Source: a virus (Duplodnaviria > Caudoviricetes). Taken from it: a DNA stretch of 64,000 nucleotides. Below are positions 1-8,928 of this stretch, one piece after another (positions within the stretch are counted from its first letter, which is position 1; every line of letters starts with the position of its first letter). The notes below the pieces were generated by a model. That model did no database searches, was not told where the DNA came from, and saw only the letters and a list, made by a program, of their open reading frames with translations. The DNA lies in IMG/VR virus record IMGVR_UViG_3300025121_000013; one strand, given 5' to 3'. A program made the translations under genes and the position numbers.

Positions 1-1
1 T

Positions 2-319
2 CCTTTAGTCGTTTCAACGTCTTGTGCTTTGTCTTTTTGTTTTGGAATTGATGTTCCAATTTGTTATAATCGAAAAGAAGAAAAAGATCATGGAGAAAAA
101 GGAAATTTCATAGGATATGATTTCACAAAAGAACCTTGTACATGTCTTGTATTAGATGATGTATTCACATCAGGAAAAACTAAGTATGAAGTTTTAGATA
201 TGTTTTCTAAATATCCCAATGTTAAGATTTTAGGATTTTTGGTTGGAGTCAATCGATCAAAAGAAAATGATTTCTTGGAGAAAACAGGAATTCCTATTTT
301 GTATTTAGCTTCATTGTGA
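2..319 (+). CDS. pyrE: Orotate phosphoribosyltransferase-like protein (5' partial)
   Basis: Frame is open from the window edge. It contains RKEEKDHGEKGN (PyrE catalytic loop) and LVLDDVFTSG (PRPP-binding motif). Confidence 0.8.
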   Translation, partial: PLVVSTSCALSFCFGIDVPICYNRKEEKDHGEKGNFIGYDFTKEPCTCLVLDDVFTSGKTKYEVLDMFSKYPNVKILGFLVGVNRSKENDFLEKTGIPILYLASL

Positions 320-333
320 AAGGACATTAAGAA

Positions 334-600
334 ATGGTTGATCCTTGTCAATTTTGTCCTCATGGAAAAAGTCAAATTTCGTTAACAGAAGAGAATGCAA
401 CTGGAATATGGAAATATGATATAGAGAATATGCCAATTGGAAAAACACTTTTATTAAATTCAAAAGATTATGGATTTATCACAGGGACAGTTTATAAAGA
501 AAAAGAAAAAAACTGGATTGAAGATTGTTTTGGTGAAGGGATTAACATACATATTAAAAATATTATTTCTTATGCAGAGATAAATGAAAATGTGGTATAA
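334..600 (+). CDS. Hypothetical protein, paralog of 4276..4524
   Basis: ORF with DPCxxCPHG; its core is nearly identical to 4276..4524. Confidence 0.7.
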   Translation: MVDPCQFCPHGKSQISLTEENATGIWKYDIENMPIGKTLLLNSKDYGFITGTVYKEKEKNWIEDCFGEGINIHIKNIISYAEINENVV

Positions 601-838
601 AGGATTTCCTTGGAAAATTAATTATATAAGATATTTTGGCGCATGCACTATTCAAGATTCTGTTTTTAAATGTAAAGCCTGGACTATTTTTGGAGCTTGG
701 TTGAAATTCATGGATTTCATTGATGATGAGCACATAGATAAGAACCAATTTAATTTTTTTATTATGCTCGGAAATATTCATCTTGATTGGGATACTATAT
801 TTCCAGAAGATAGTCAATATAAACGAAAGAATGGATAA
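584..838 (+). CDS. Hypothetical protein
   Basis: ORF packed within the operon. Confidence 0.5.
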   Translation: MKMWYKGFPWKINYIRYFGACTIQDSVFKCKAWTIFGAWLKFMDFIDDEHIDKNQFNFFIMLGNIHLDWDTIFPEDSQYKRKNG

Positions 839-840
839 AA

Positions 841-1455
841 ATGGAAAATACATTTTTTGGAATAGAATGGGTTTCAGAAATACCCAACCCTCCATTAGTT
901 GTTAATTTATTTGCTGGCCCAGGGTGTGGAAAATCCACTTGTGCTTCTGGAATATTTTCCCTTCTAAAATTGAATGGAATTAAATCAGAACTTGTTTTAG
1001 AATTTGCGAAAGATTTAGTTCGAGAAGGAAGAACTGTTGCTTTAGAAAAACAATATTATATTTGGGCAAAACAATTGATGAGAATTGAAAGATGCATAAA
1101 TCAAGTCGATATTGTAATAACCGATTCCCCAATTTTATTATCAATACTTTACGATAATATGCAAAGTCCATCTCTTTCAAAAACCATTCTTGAAAGCTTT
1201 AATAAATTTAATAATTTAAATATATTATTAGAAAGAACAAAGCCCTATATTAAAGACGGAAGATATCAAAATGAAAAAGAAGCCAAGGATTTAGATAATA
1301 AATCTAAGGAAATGTTAGATAAATTTAATATCCCATATCATATCCATTCTGGAGACTCAAAAGGAATAAATGAAATAGTTTATTCAATCTTGTTAAATGT
1401 TTTTGGAATGAAAAGTAAATCCTTTATCATGGAAATGGTTGGAGGTCCTTCTTAA
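841..1455 (+). CDS. P-loop NTPase/kinase (AAA_28/NadR-like)
   Basis: Walker A NLFAGPGCGKST, followed by VLEFAK, ITDSP and GRYQ motifs. Confidence 0.75.
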   Translation: MENTFFGIEWVSEIPNPPLVVNLFAGPGCGKSTCASGIFSLLKLNGIKSELVLEFAKDLVREGRTVALEKQYYIWAKQLMRIERCINQVDIVITDSPILLSILYDNMQSPSLSKTILESFNKFNNLNILLERTKPYIKDGRYQNEKEAKDLDNKSKEMLDKFNIPYHIHSGDSKGINEIVYSILLNVFGMKSKSFIMEMVGGPS

Positions 1456-1457
1456 AA

Positions 1458-1628
1458 ATGATAACACAATTAGATAGAATTAAAAATATATTAAGATTCA
1501 TCAAGAAAAAGGAATGGCGACTTGTTTCTAGGGAATGGCAATATATAGGAGAAAAACTATTTAAGGGCTATGCCACGGATGAACTTTGGAATTTGGATGA
1601 TAATTTAATAGATTTTATCGATCTGTAG
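1458..1628 (+). pseudogene. Small ORF whose 3' end was displaced by the IS insertion
   Basis: Joining 1618 to 2843 restores ...DFMDNFLNLSW-stop, directly before the next gene's AAGGAG. Confidence 0.6.
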
Positions 1629-2842
1629 TCTGAAGAAGACTGGCGGCTTTAGACGTCCAAATGAATTCAGCACTTTCTTGGTTTTTAAAGAACATATTTA
1701 AAAGTCCTTCCTTTAGGAGTTTTTATGCCGAAATCTTCCAAATCTTATACAGTTAAAATTGGTGGAAATATTTTGAATAAAGTCAATTACTTAGAGTGGA
1801 TGATTGACGAACTAGAAGATCTTTCTTGCTTTGTCTTTAATTTCGGCAAAAGGTTTGGAGAAAAACATTGGGATAATTATGGACAAATGTATCATTTCGC
1901 TCGGAGATTTTTTCCAGATTTAAATACGAAAGTTTTGCAGAATTTTATTCGGCTTTATAGAAAGCGAGGTAAAAGACCACAACCAAAATCTCCAATAAAT
2001 CCAAGTATTTATATAGATCAAGCATTTAATATAAAGAAAACTAATGAGACTAAAATTACAAATTATTGGTTGAGATTTCACAAAAAGAATTTCCCTTTAT
2101 TTGGCAAAAGAATTCTCAATAGAATTTCAAAATTCTCCCAGGTCAAATTGATTCAAATCTATAAGAAAAACAATAACTTATATTGCAAACTTTGTCTCGT
2201 AAATCCTTTGGCTTTGCCAAAAGAAAATAAGAATTCAAAAACCATAGGTTGTGACGTTAATTTTAAAACTTTAGTTCTTTCGGATAACTCCTTCTTTTCA
2301 TTGGCAAAATTAGCACATCGAAAACTTGAGCATAAGAAAAATAATTCTAAAAAGAAAAACCTCACAAATTTCTCAAAAGATTTTTGCCACAAAATAACTT
2401 CTCAAATGGTCGAACATCTTTTAAGTACAGGATCAAAAGTTTTGATTCTCGAAGATCTTCGAACTTTGAGGAAAAACGCTTCGAGAAAATATGGATCATA
2501 TTCTAAGTTAAGAAATTATATAATAAATACAATGCCTTACGGAATGATCCAAAACTTTCTCGAATACAAATGTTTAGACGCTGGAATTTTAGTTCACAAA
2601 ATAAATCCTGCTTACACAAGCAAAACATGCTCGGCCTGTGAATCGTTAGAAACACAAAGACCGACACAGAACAGTTTTGTTTGTCAAAAATGTGGACTGA
2701 AATTACATGCAGATCTAAACGGGTCGAGAAACATCGAGAAGTTCTACACGAACACTCGATGGGCTACCAGTGAATCTAGCCCAGCCAAGGACCTTTAAAA
2801 CTTGGAGAAGCTGGGATCCTTTCGGACCGTCCAGAAGTTCAC
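1619..2842 (+). mobile_element. IS200/IS605-family element, TnpB only (IS1341-like)
   Basis: The left end follows TTTAT and has AAGA plus a GGCGGCTTTAGACGTCC hairpin. The right end is GAAG-hairpin-AGTTCAC. There is no tnpA. Confidence 0.8.
1725..2798 (+). CDS. tnpB: TnpB RNA-guided endonuclease
   Basis: RuvC-I IGCDVN, RuvC-II ILEDL, Zn finger CSAC..CQKC and RuvC-III ADLNGSRNI; the catalytic triad is intact. Confidence 0.92.
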   Translation: MPKSSKSYTVKIGGNILNKVNYLEWMIDELEDLSCFVFNFGKRFGEKHWDNYGQMYHFARRFFPDLNTKVLQNFIRLYRKRGKRPQPKSPINPSIYIDQAFNIKKTNETKITNYWLRFHKKNFPLFGKRILNRISKFSQVKLIQIYKKNNNLYCKLCLVNPLALPKENKNSKTIGCDVNFKTLVLSDNSFFSLAKLAHRKLEHKKNNSKKKNLTNFSKDFCHKITSQMVEHLLSTGSKVLILEDLRTLRKNASRKYGSYSKLRNYIINTMPYGMIQNFLEYKCLDAGILVHKINPAYTSKTCSACESLETQRPTQNSFVCQKCGLKLHADLNGSRNIEKFYTNTRWATSESSPAKDL

Positions 2843-2862
2843 GGATAACTTTTTGAATTTAA
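2690..2862 (+). ncRNA. Predicted omega/reRNA scaffold plus guide (guide starts at about 2843, GGATAACTTTTTGAATTTAA); 5' boundary approximate
   Basis: TnpB guide RNAs are known to span the ORF 3' end and right end and to run into the flank. The right end is seen at 2842. Confidence 0.55.
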
Positions 2863-2885
2863 GTTGGTAGAAGGAGAGTGATAAA

Positions 2886-3128
2886 ATGATCTGTCCAAAT
2901 TGTGATAAAGAATTAGAAGAATCGTATATAGATAGTTTTAATAATATACCTATTGAAAAAATTGAATTTTTTCATTGTAAAAATTGTAACCTATGTGTTG
3001 GAAAAATACATCCTATCTTAACCGATAAAGATTTTGTTGGCTATGTATGTTGGAAAAAAGATGGAGAAATAAATTTCAACAAAATGTATGATGTGAAAAA
3101 AGATAAAGGAATTATACTTGGAGGATGA
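2886..3128 (+). CDS. Zn-ribbon hypothetical protein
   Basis: CPNC...CKNC motifs; AAGGAG RBS. Confidence 0.65.
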   Translation: MICPNCDKELEESYIDSFNNIPIEKIEFFHCKNCNLCVGKIHPILTDKDFVGYVCWKKDGEINFNKMYDVKKDKGIILGG

Positions 3129-3354
3129 AATGGAGAAAATCAAAGAGATTAAAAATCCTGAGCTTCTTAAAATTTTAGAAGATGAAAAGATTGACCCTTG
3201 TATATTTGTAGACATGGGAAATAGCATCTTAAAAATGATTGAAAAAGAAAAGGAAGAATATTTAAAACCTGATTATCCATTCAAAAATATTTTTAAACAA
3301 GAAAAGTCCATAGATGAAGAAATTCTCATCAAATATCCATGTAAGAAAGGATGA
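3118..3354 (+). CDS. Hypothetical protein
   Basis: ORF coupled to its neighbours. Confidence 0.55.
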   Translation: MEDEMEKIKEIKNPELLKILEDEKIDPCIFVDMGNSILKMIEKEKEEYLKPDYPFKNIFKQEKSIDEEILIKYPCKKG

Positions 3355-3692
3355 AAATGATCATAGTTCAGTGGGGAGTAAATAATTTTCTTGATGACTT
3401 TTCGAGCGACTATTCAGATTTTTTGCCAGAAGAGGTTAGAAAAAATTTTTCTATTATTCTGTTGTCAGGACATGAAGGATGTGGGGACCCGGAATGCGAT
3501 TTTGAAATGTATTGTCATGGGCTGCTTTCAGGAGGCATAAAAATTTGGGGGACTCAAGAAATAACATATACATTATGTCCTGGGGATTATGTCATACAAG
3601 TTTCTGAAGAAGAATTTGTGAGAGTCAAACGAAAGTTTTTTGAGGATTCTAAATTTTTCAACTTAGTAAAAGATAAAATAATTTCGTGCTAG
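3351..3692 (+). CDS. Phage hypothetical protein (CPGDY motif)
   Basis: TLCPGDYVI motif, shared with 3724..4038. Confidence 0.65.
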   Translation: MKMIIVQWGVNNFLDDFSSDYSDFLPEEVRKNFSIILLSGHEGCGDPECDFEMYCHGLLSGGIKIWGTQEITYTLCPGDYVIQVSEEEFVRVKRKFFEDSKFFNLVKDKIISC

Positions 3693-3723
3693 TTAAATAA
3701 CCCAGAAGTTTTAGAAAGGAATC

Positions 3724-4038
3724 ATGAAAATGAATTACGTTCAATGGTTTAAGAATGGTGATCATCCTGAAGATGGCCCTTCAGCTTTAGAAGGAAAGGT
3801 TGTTAGATATTTTAGAGATCCTGATATTTCTGGAGATACGATTTGTGATGATTGTAATCAGGAAATGAATTCCCATGGGTGGATTGATCAAAGTGAATAT
3901 GGTTATGTAGTTTGCCCAGGAGATTATATTTTCGAAACGTCTCCTGGTGTTTATAAACCTTTAAACGAAGATCTAGTTGAGATTATAAACGGCATGGTTG
4001 AAAATGCAATCAAAGAACATAATAAGGCAATATCATGA
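3724..4038 (+). CDS. Phage hypothetical protein (CPGDY motif)
   Basis: VVCPGDYIF motif; RBS present. Confidence 0.65.
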   Translation: MKMNYVQWFKNGDHPEDGPSALEGKVVRYFRDPDISGDTICDDCNQEMNSHGWIDQSEYGYVVCPGDYIFETSPGVYKPLNEDLVEIINGMVENAIKEHNKAIS

Positions 4039-4283
4039 AAAAATATATCATTGAAAATTTGGAAGTTAAAGAAATTAATATTTATAGAGAAACGGAACAA
4101 TATGTTTATATGCCTGGCGGAAAGAGAAAAGAAAAATCTAAAAAGTATTTTTCATCTAAAGAAGAAGCCATGTTGTTTTTAATGAAAGAAGAAGTTAAAA
4201 AATTTGAAAACGATATCTTTTCTTTTCAAAGTAGATGGAGCAGACTTCTCGAATACAACGAAGGGATATTAAAAAATGTTTGA
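4035..4283 (+). CDS. Hypothetical protein
   Basis: ATGA overlap with the upstream gene. Confidence 0.55.
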   Translation: MKKYIIENLEVKEINIYRETEQYVYMPGGKRKEKSKKYFSSKEEAMLFLMKEEVKKFENDIFSFQSRWSRLLEYNEGILKNV

Positions 4284-4524
4284 TCCTTGCACGGCTTGTC
4301 CACATGGAAATAAACTAGAATTGAAAGAAAGTCCAACGAGTCCTTGGAAATATGATGTAGAGAATATGCCAATAAAAAAGACGCTTTTATTAAATTCTAA
4401 GGTTTATGGTTTTATCACAGGAACTGCCTATAAAGAAAATGAAAAAATTTGGATTGAAGATTGTTTCGGAGAGGGCTTTGGAATTAAGATTGAAGATATT
4501 TTGGCATATGCCGAAATAACATGA
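4276..4524 (+). CDS. Hypothetical protein, paralog of 334..600
   Basis: The 44-aa core WKYD..CFGEG differs from 334..600 at 6 positions. Confidence 0.7.
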   Translation: MFDPCTACPHGNKLELKESPTSPWKYDVENMPIKKTLLLNSKVYGFITGTAYKENEKIWIEDCFGEGFGIKIEDILAYAEIT

Positions 4525-4543
4525 TAAAAAGGAGATTACAAAA

Positions 4544-4786
4544 ATGGCATTGACTTCATTGGAACAAGGATTTTTGATTGGGATTGGATTTGCAATTAGC
4601 AAGATGTCTGAAAATGAATTGAAGCCTTTGATCGATACCCTTGGACAATTAAAGACTCAGCTTGGTGGAATGTTAACATCTCCGGAATTCAATGAAGCTT
4701 TTAAAACCATTCAAAATGGATTTAATATGGCAAAGCCTCCAGAACCTGTTAATACCCCTCCGACGGATATTCCTCAAGAAAGTTAA
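4544..4786 (+). CDS. Hypothetical protein
   Basis: AAGGAG RBS; Pro-rich tail. Confidence 0.65.
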   Translation: MALTSLEQGFLIGIGFAISKMSENELKPLIDTLGQLKTQLGGMLTSPEFNEAFKTIQNGFNMAKPPEPVNTPPTDIPQES

Positions 4787-4792
4787 ATATAA

Positions 4793-5383
4793 ATGTATAT
4801 CACCCCTTGTACAAAATGTGTTTTCACTTTGACATGCGCTAAAAAGAAAGAACTTTTGAAATCAATAAGAGATAATGGTTTTGGATCTTATGTTACAAAA
4901 TTAAATATAAAGTGTGATATTCATTGGAGAGAAATTCAACCTGGGCAAAGAATTATTTATGCCTTTTCTGACTTTAATGGTCCAGAGCATGATATTATTC
5001 TTTCATATCAAACAATTTCTGGAACAGTTATGAAAAGAATGAAGAAAATTAATAAGTTATTAGTTTGGTTAGATGATAATGATTTTACTAGAAGAAAAAT
5101 TGTAAAACTTCTTCCTTCTCTTGTCGAAATTTTAAATGAGCCAAAAGAAGCATTATGTTCGATGTGCAATAGGCCAATATCTAAATCAAATTTTGAAGGA
5201 TTCAATTGTGGATTATGCAACCCAGCTAAAGAATACATAGAAAATTGTGAGTTAGATTATGAAATATCTAAGTTATCTAAATTACCGGATTATTTTTATG
5301 ACGAGATGGCAAAAAATATGGCTAAACAGATAGATGAAGAAATTATGAAACTCTTTGAAAAAAGTAAAAACAGAAAAGAATAA
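4793..5383 (+). CDS. Cys-containing hypothetical protein
   Basis: 196-aa ORF with CxxC pairs. Confidence 0.65.
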   Translation: MYITPCTKCVFTLTCAKKKELLKSIRDNGFGSYVTKLNIKCDIHWREIQPGQRIIYAFSDFNGPEHDIILSYQTISGTVMKRMKKINKLLVWLDDNDFTRRKIVKLLPSLVEILNEPKEALCSMCNRPISKSNFEGFNCGLCNPAKEYIENCELDYEISKLSKLPDYFYDEMAKNMAKQIDEEIMKLFEKSKNRKE

Positions 5384-5425
5384 ATATCTAATATTCAATA
5401 TGCCTTCAGAAAAGGGATTTAAAAA

Positions 5426-5668
5426 ATGAAAGTTTCAATTCATAAGCTGGAGAATCCTTCAAAGAAATCTGGAGATCGATATGTCTTTTCTGCAAAGTAT
5501 TGTTGTATGAACATGTTTAATGCTCTTCAGAAAAATGACGGAGTTATAATGCTTCCTCTGTTGTATTCTGACTTCGATGTTGAAACATCATTGAACATGA
5601 CTTTAAGCGGCACTCCAATCTCTTTTTGTCCATTCTGTGGATCAGAGATTAGCTTTGTTAGAAAGTGA
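5426..5668 (+). CDS. Hypothetical protein (CC..CPFC)
   Basis: YCC and FCPFCG motifs. Confidence 0.6.
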   Translation: MKVSIHKLENPSKKSGDRYVFSAKYCCMNMFNALQKNDGVIMLPLLYSDFDVETSLNMTLSGTPISFCPFCGSEISFVRK

Positions 5669-5688
5669 AACATAATGTTCCGGCATAT

Positions 5689-5702
5689 AGAACAAAAATA
5701 AA
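5689..5702 (+). promoter_or_regulatory. AGAACAAA-W2-3-TAAA motif (putative late promoter)
   Basis: The same motif is intergenic at 25273, 28685, 46728, 49616 and 52309. Confidence 0.5.
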
Positions 5703-5729
5703 ACTTTAGTTTTCTTTGGAGAATAAGAA

Positions 5730-6248
5730 ATGATTTTAGCTAGAAATAATCAAGTTGCTTATGAAGATTTTACAGTCACCGATTCTGAAGGAAATTTAAT
5801 TACGGGTTTAGACCAAAGTGATTTTACTTATAAATTATATAATGGCTCAGGAACAGATGTTTCTCTAACAATCTCCGTGACAATTTCAGCTTTAAACAAC
5901 GGAAATTATAGAGCTTCATTTACTCCCAATGCAATTGGAACATGGTATTTGACAATTTATAATTCGACATATTTTCCATGGGGAAAATCAGATTCTATAA
6001 TTGTTCAAGAAAATAATTTTGATACTTTGGATACGTTAATAAAGAGAATTCTTGGTCTGACTCAAGAAAATTATTATATTGATAATATGTCTTATAATAC
6101 AAATGGAAATCTTTTATCTGGAAGAATTAGGATTTATTCAAATCCTTCCAGTGTCGGAACAACCAGTGATGTAATTTCAAGTTATTTAATGTCAGCTTCA
6201 TATGATGCAAGTCAACAATTATCAAATTATTCTGTAATTAAATTGTAA
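5730..6248 (+). CDS. Beta-rich, probably virion-associated protein
   Basis: Ser/Thr/Asn-rich with an Ig-like pattern (GNYRASFTP..GTW). Confidence 0.55.
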   Translation: MILARNNQVAYEDFTVTDSEGNLITGLDQSDFTYKLYNGSGTDVSLTISVTISALNNGNYRASFTPNAIGTWYLTIYNSTYFPWGKSDSIIVQENNFDTLDTLIKRILGLTQENYYIDNMSYNTNGNLLSGRIRIYSNPSSVGTTSDVISSYLMSASYDASQQLSNYSVIKL

Positions 6249-6253
6249 ATAAA

Positions 6254-6532
6254 ATGAAAACTGGAGAATGGTCTGTGTACTTAGTTGAGTGCTCAGACCA
6301 TTCTCTATATTGTGGTATCACAAAAAATATAGAGAAAAGAATAAAAGCCCATAATAAAGGAAAGGGAGCAAAATACACAAGGATGAGAAGACCTGTAAAA
6401 TTAATTGAAGTCTGCTCAGATCTTGATTTATCTTTGGCTTTAAGAACTGAATATTATATCAAATCTTTAGAAAGAAAAAAGAAAGAACCTTTTTTAAGAA
6501 ATTTTAAAAAGAGAAAGGTAATTGTTAAATGA
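6254..6532 (+). CDS. GIY-YIG nuclease (UPF0213-like)
   Basis: VYLVEC..LYCGIT..R...HN.GKGAKYTR motif. Confidence 0.88.
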   Translation: MKTGEWSVYLVECSDHSLYCGITKNIEKRIKAHNKGKGAKYTRMRRPVKLIEVCSDLDLSLALRTEYYIKSLERKKKEPFLRNFKKRKVIVK

Positions 6533-6553
6533 ATATTTGGGAGAAAATAAAAT

Positions 6554-6772
6554 ATGTTATCTATTAAATATATAGTCGAAAATATAGATATTGTAGAAAA
6601 GGCAATGATAAATCGAGGTAATTTGAAAGCTGTTAGTTTATTGCCTAAATTGTTAGAATTATATAATAAGAAAAAGAAACTTCAAATAGATCTTGAAACT
6701 CTTAGGTTCGAAAAAAATAAAAAAACAAAAGAAATGGCTTTATCAAAAAGGAAATTAAAAGAGGAAAAATAA
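6554..6772 (+). CDS. Stand-alone seryl-tRNA synthetase N-terminal (tRNA-binding arm)-like protein
   Basis: MLSIKYIVENIDIVEKAMINRG..LLEL..KKKKLQIDLETLRFEKNK resembles the bacterial SerRS N-terminus; there is no catalytic domain. Confidence 0.65.
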   Translation: MLSIKYIVENIDIVEKAMINRGNLKAVSLLPKLLELYNKKKKLQIDLETLRFEKNKKTKEMALSKRKLKEEK

Positions 6773-6969
6773 TGGCAATTGCCCTAATCACTAAAGGAAT
6801 GTTAAAACCAAGGGGAATTCTTTCAGTCGAGTTTGGCCCTCCAATTACAGTGGTCAAAGAGTCGACACAAAAACCTGAGGTCACTGTTTTTAACGTTACA
6901 TTAAAAGAATCAAAAAATCAAACATTGATTGAAGAGAAAATTAAAATTGTTGTGAAACCAATCGAATAA
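6772..6969 (+). CDS. Hypothetical protein
   Basis: Coupled ORF. Confidence 0.5.
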   Translation: MAIALITKGMLKPRGILSVEFGPPITVVKESTQKPEVTVFNVTLKESKNQTLIEEKIKIVVKPIE

Positions 6970-7028
6970 ATTTTTAGAATAAAAATATTTTATTTTTTTT
7001 GTTTTAAACTTTTTGGAGGTTATAAAAC

Positions 7029-7916
7029 ATGATAGTTTTAGATTCAAATAAAGAAGATAAAATTACCTTTGATGCTTTAATAGAGGGAGTTAGTCATAAG
7101 AATTTACAAGGCACTTTTAATATTATAATTGAAGGGATACATTTGGGGTTTCCTATTCAAGTTTATGAAGGGAGAATAATCGCTAAAATTCCTCAATTGA
7201 ATAAAGTTATAAAAACAGTTTTAAAAGAAAATAATTATGTCGAAGCGCATTTAGATATTATATCAGATGGATTTCATGTTAGGCCATGGAAGGATACAAT
7301 AAATATTAAATCGACTAAATCTCCTTTAAAAGAAATAAAAAAAATAAAGCCAGTGGTTAAAGTGAAGCCTATAAAAGAAGTCGAATATCCAGAAATGAAA
7401 TCTAAGAAAGGAAAAGATATAATCGTTGACGAAGATCCTCCAGAGGAAAATAAAAAGAAAATTGTGGATATCATTGAAAAGAAAATTTCTTCAAATCCTA
7501 TGAATAATGTTTTAGAAAGATTATATAGAGATATAACTGTAAAAGAACGTGATGACAAAGATTTAAAAGATTTAGATAAAAAAATATATATGAAAAATAC
7601 AGAGTCTTCACCTGTGATATTAAAAGAAACTAAAAAAGAAGAAATGAAAACTGATATAAAACCAATTAAAATTTTATCGGAAAATAAATCTTTTCAAAAA
7701 CCTTCAGAAATTAATATTAATGTTATTAAAGAAATGATGTCGTTTTATGGAATGAAAAGTGAATCAACACAAAATAGAATGATAGAATCGACCAAAGAAA
7801 CTTGTGATGATCCAGACACCATGTATAATCATATTGAGAAAATGATAAAAGGAAATCAATCAAATCTTACTCCGGCCACTCCAGAAGAATTTTTAAAAAT
7901 GTTTTCTCCAACTTAA
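7029..7916 (+). CDS. Hypothetical protein
   Basis: 295-aa ORF with GGAGG RBS. Confidence 0.7.
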   Translation: MIVLDSNKEDKITFDALIEGVSHKNLQGTFNIIIEGIHLGFPIQVYEGRIIAKIPQLNKVIKTVLKENNYVEAHLDIISDGFHVRPWKDTINIKSTKSPLKEIKKIKPVVKVKPIKEVEYPEMKSKKGKDIIVDEDPPEENKKKIVDIIEKKISSNPMNNVLERLYRDITVKERDDKDLKDLDKKIYMKNTESSPVILKETKKEEMKTDIKPIKILSENKSFQKPSEININVIKEMMSFYGMKSESTQNRMIESTKETCDDPDTMYNHIEKMIKGNQSNLTPATPEEFLKMFSPT

Positions 7917-7934
7917 AAATGAAGGGTTTTAAGA

Positions 7935-8444
7935 ATGTCAAGAATTGAATGGGATGAATTCTTTTTAAAAACTGCATATTTGGTTGCCGAAAGATCAACA
8001 TGTTTAAGAAGAATGGTTGGAGCAGTTTTAGTTAAAGATAAACGAATTATCGCTACGGGATATAACGGGGCTCCTTCGGGGCATAAACATTGTTTAGATG
8101 TTGGATGTATGAGAAAAGAATTGAAGATTCCTCGTGGAGAAAGATATGAAATTTGTAGAGCAATACACGCTGAGCAAAATTGTATTGTTCAATGCGCAAA
8201 ACATGGAATTCCAACTCAAGGCTCAATTTTGTATTGTACTTTAAAACCTTGTATGATGTGTGCAAGAGAAATTTGTAATACAGGAATTAAAGAAATTATA
8301 GTTTGTGGAAATTATTCAGATGACACTTCAGATAAATATTTAGAAGAATCTGGAGTCTCTTTAAGATTTATAAATCCTTTTAATTTAGATAAAGCCTTGA
8401 GTTGGGAAACAAAAATTATAGAAAAAAATGATATAGAATATTAA
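7935..8444 (+). CDS. dCMP deaminase (ComEB family)
   Basis: RSTCLRR.VGAV..IIATGYNG, HAEQN and PCMMC zinc motifs. Confidence 0.92.
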   Translation: MSRIEWDEFFLKTAYLVAERSTCLRRMVGAVLVKDKRIIATGYNGAPSGHKHCLDVGCMRKELKIPRGERYEICRAIHAEQNCIVQCAKHGIPTQGSILYCTLKPCMMCAREICNTGIKEIIVCGNYSDDTSDKYLEESGVSLRFINPFNLDKALSWETKIIEKNDIEY

Positions 8445-8449
8445 GCTCG

Positions 8450-8668
8450 TCCACCACGTGTGGAAGGAGTAAAGATATTCCCACTTTAGGGATATCGGCA
8501 TTTTTAGTTAGAAAATTTACAAAAAAATAAATTTTGTTGCCTGGTGCTCTTAGCCTAAGATTTAAGCTAAGAGCACCAGACTCCGACAACCGCTTTCTCA
8601 TATTCCCCCAGTTTCCAGAAGAAGGAAATGGAAAATGAGATAGCGGCTCCGCGATATCGTGTGGTGGA
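8450..8668. ncRNA. GC-rich multibranch structured element of about 220 nt, between convergent genes
   Basis: Closing stem TCCACCAC/GTGGTGGA, a perfect 14-bp stem CTGGTGCTCTTAGC/GCTAAGAGCACCAG, and further stems. Confidence 0.45.
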
Positions 8669-8673
8669 ATCCC

Positions 8674-8892
8674 CTAGTGAATAACCCCCTTTCCTTTACA
8701 CTTAGGACAAATCCGTTTGGGTGAAATGTATTTTCGGGTTCCGAATTCTCCTTCCAATGCATCTTTTCCCAGAACCCTTTTCTTGTTAGAATGGGTTCTG
8801 TAAATCCGTTGGGTAGTTTTGGAAGTGGTTATTGAATCCCCGACCCTATAGATAATCAGGATCGTTATTAAGCCGATAATGACCCAGAACAT
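8674..8892 (-). CDS. Small membrane-anchored Zn-finger protein
   Basis: N-terminal hydrophobic helix and CPKCKGKG. Confidence 0.6.
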   Translation of the reverse strand: MFWVIIGLITILIIYRVGDSITTSKTTQRIYRTHSNKKRVLGKDALEGEFGTRKYISPKRICPKCKGKGVIH

Positions 8893-8928
8893 GGTCAGCT
8901 CCTTTCAAAAATATGTCAAATAACACTC

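Noticed and set aside
1725-2798. Cas12f or catalytically dead TnpB repressor
   Set aside because: IS ends are present, there is no CRISPR array, and all RuvC acidic residues are retained.
8416-8601. 61-aa minus-strand ORF
   Set aside because: It runs through the hairpin-rich element and overlaps the end of the dCMP deaminase gene; probably spurious.
8450-8680. tmRNA, RNase P or SRP RNA
   Set aside because: There are no tRNA-like ends with a T-loop, no GAGGAAAGUCC, and no SRP domain IV motif.
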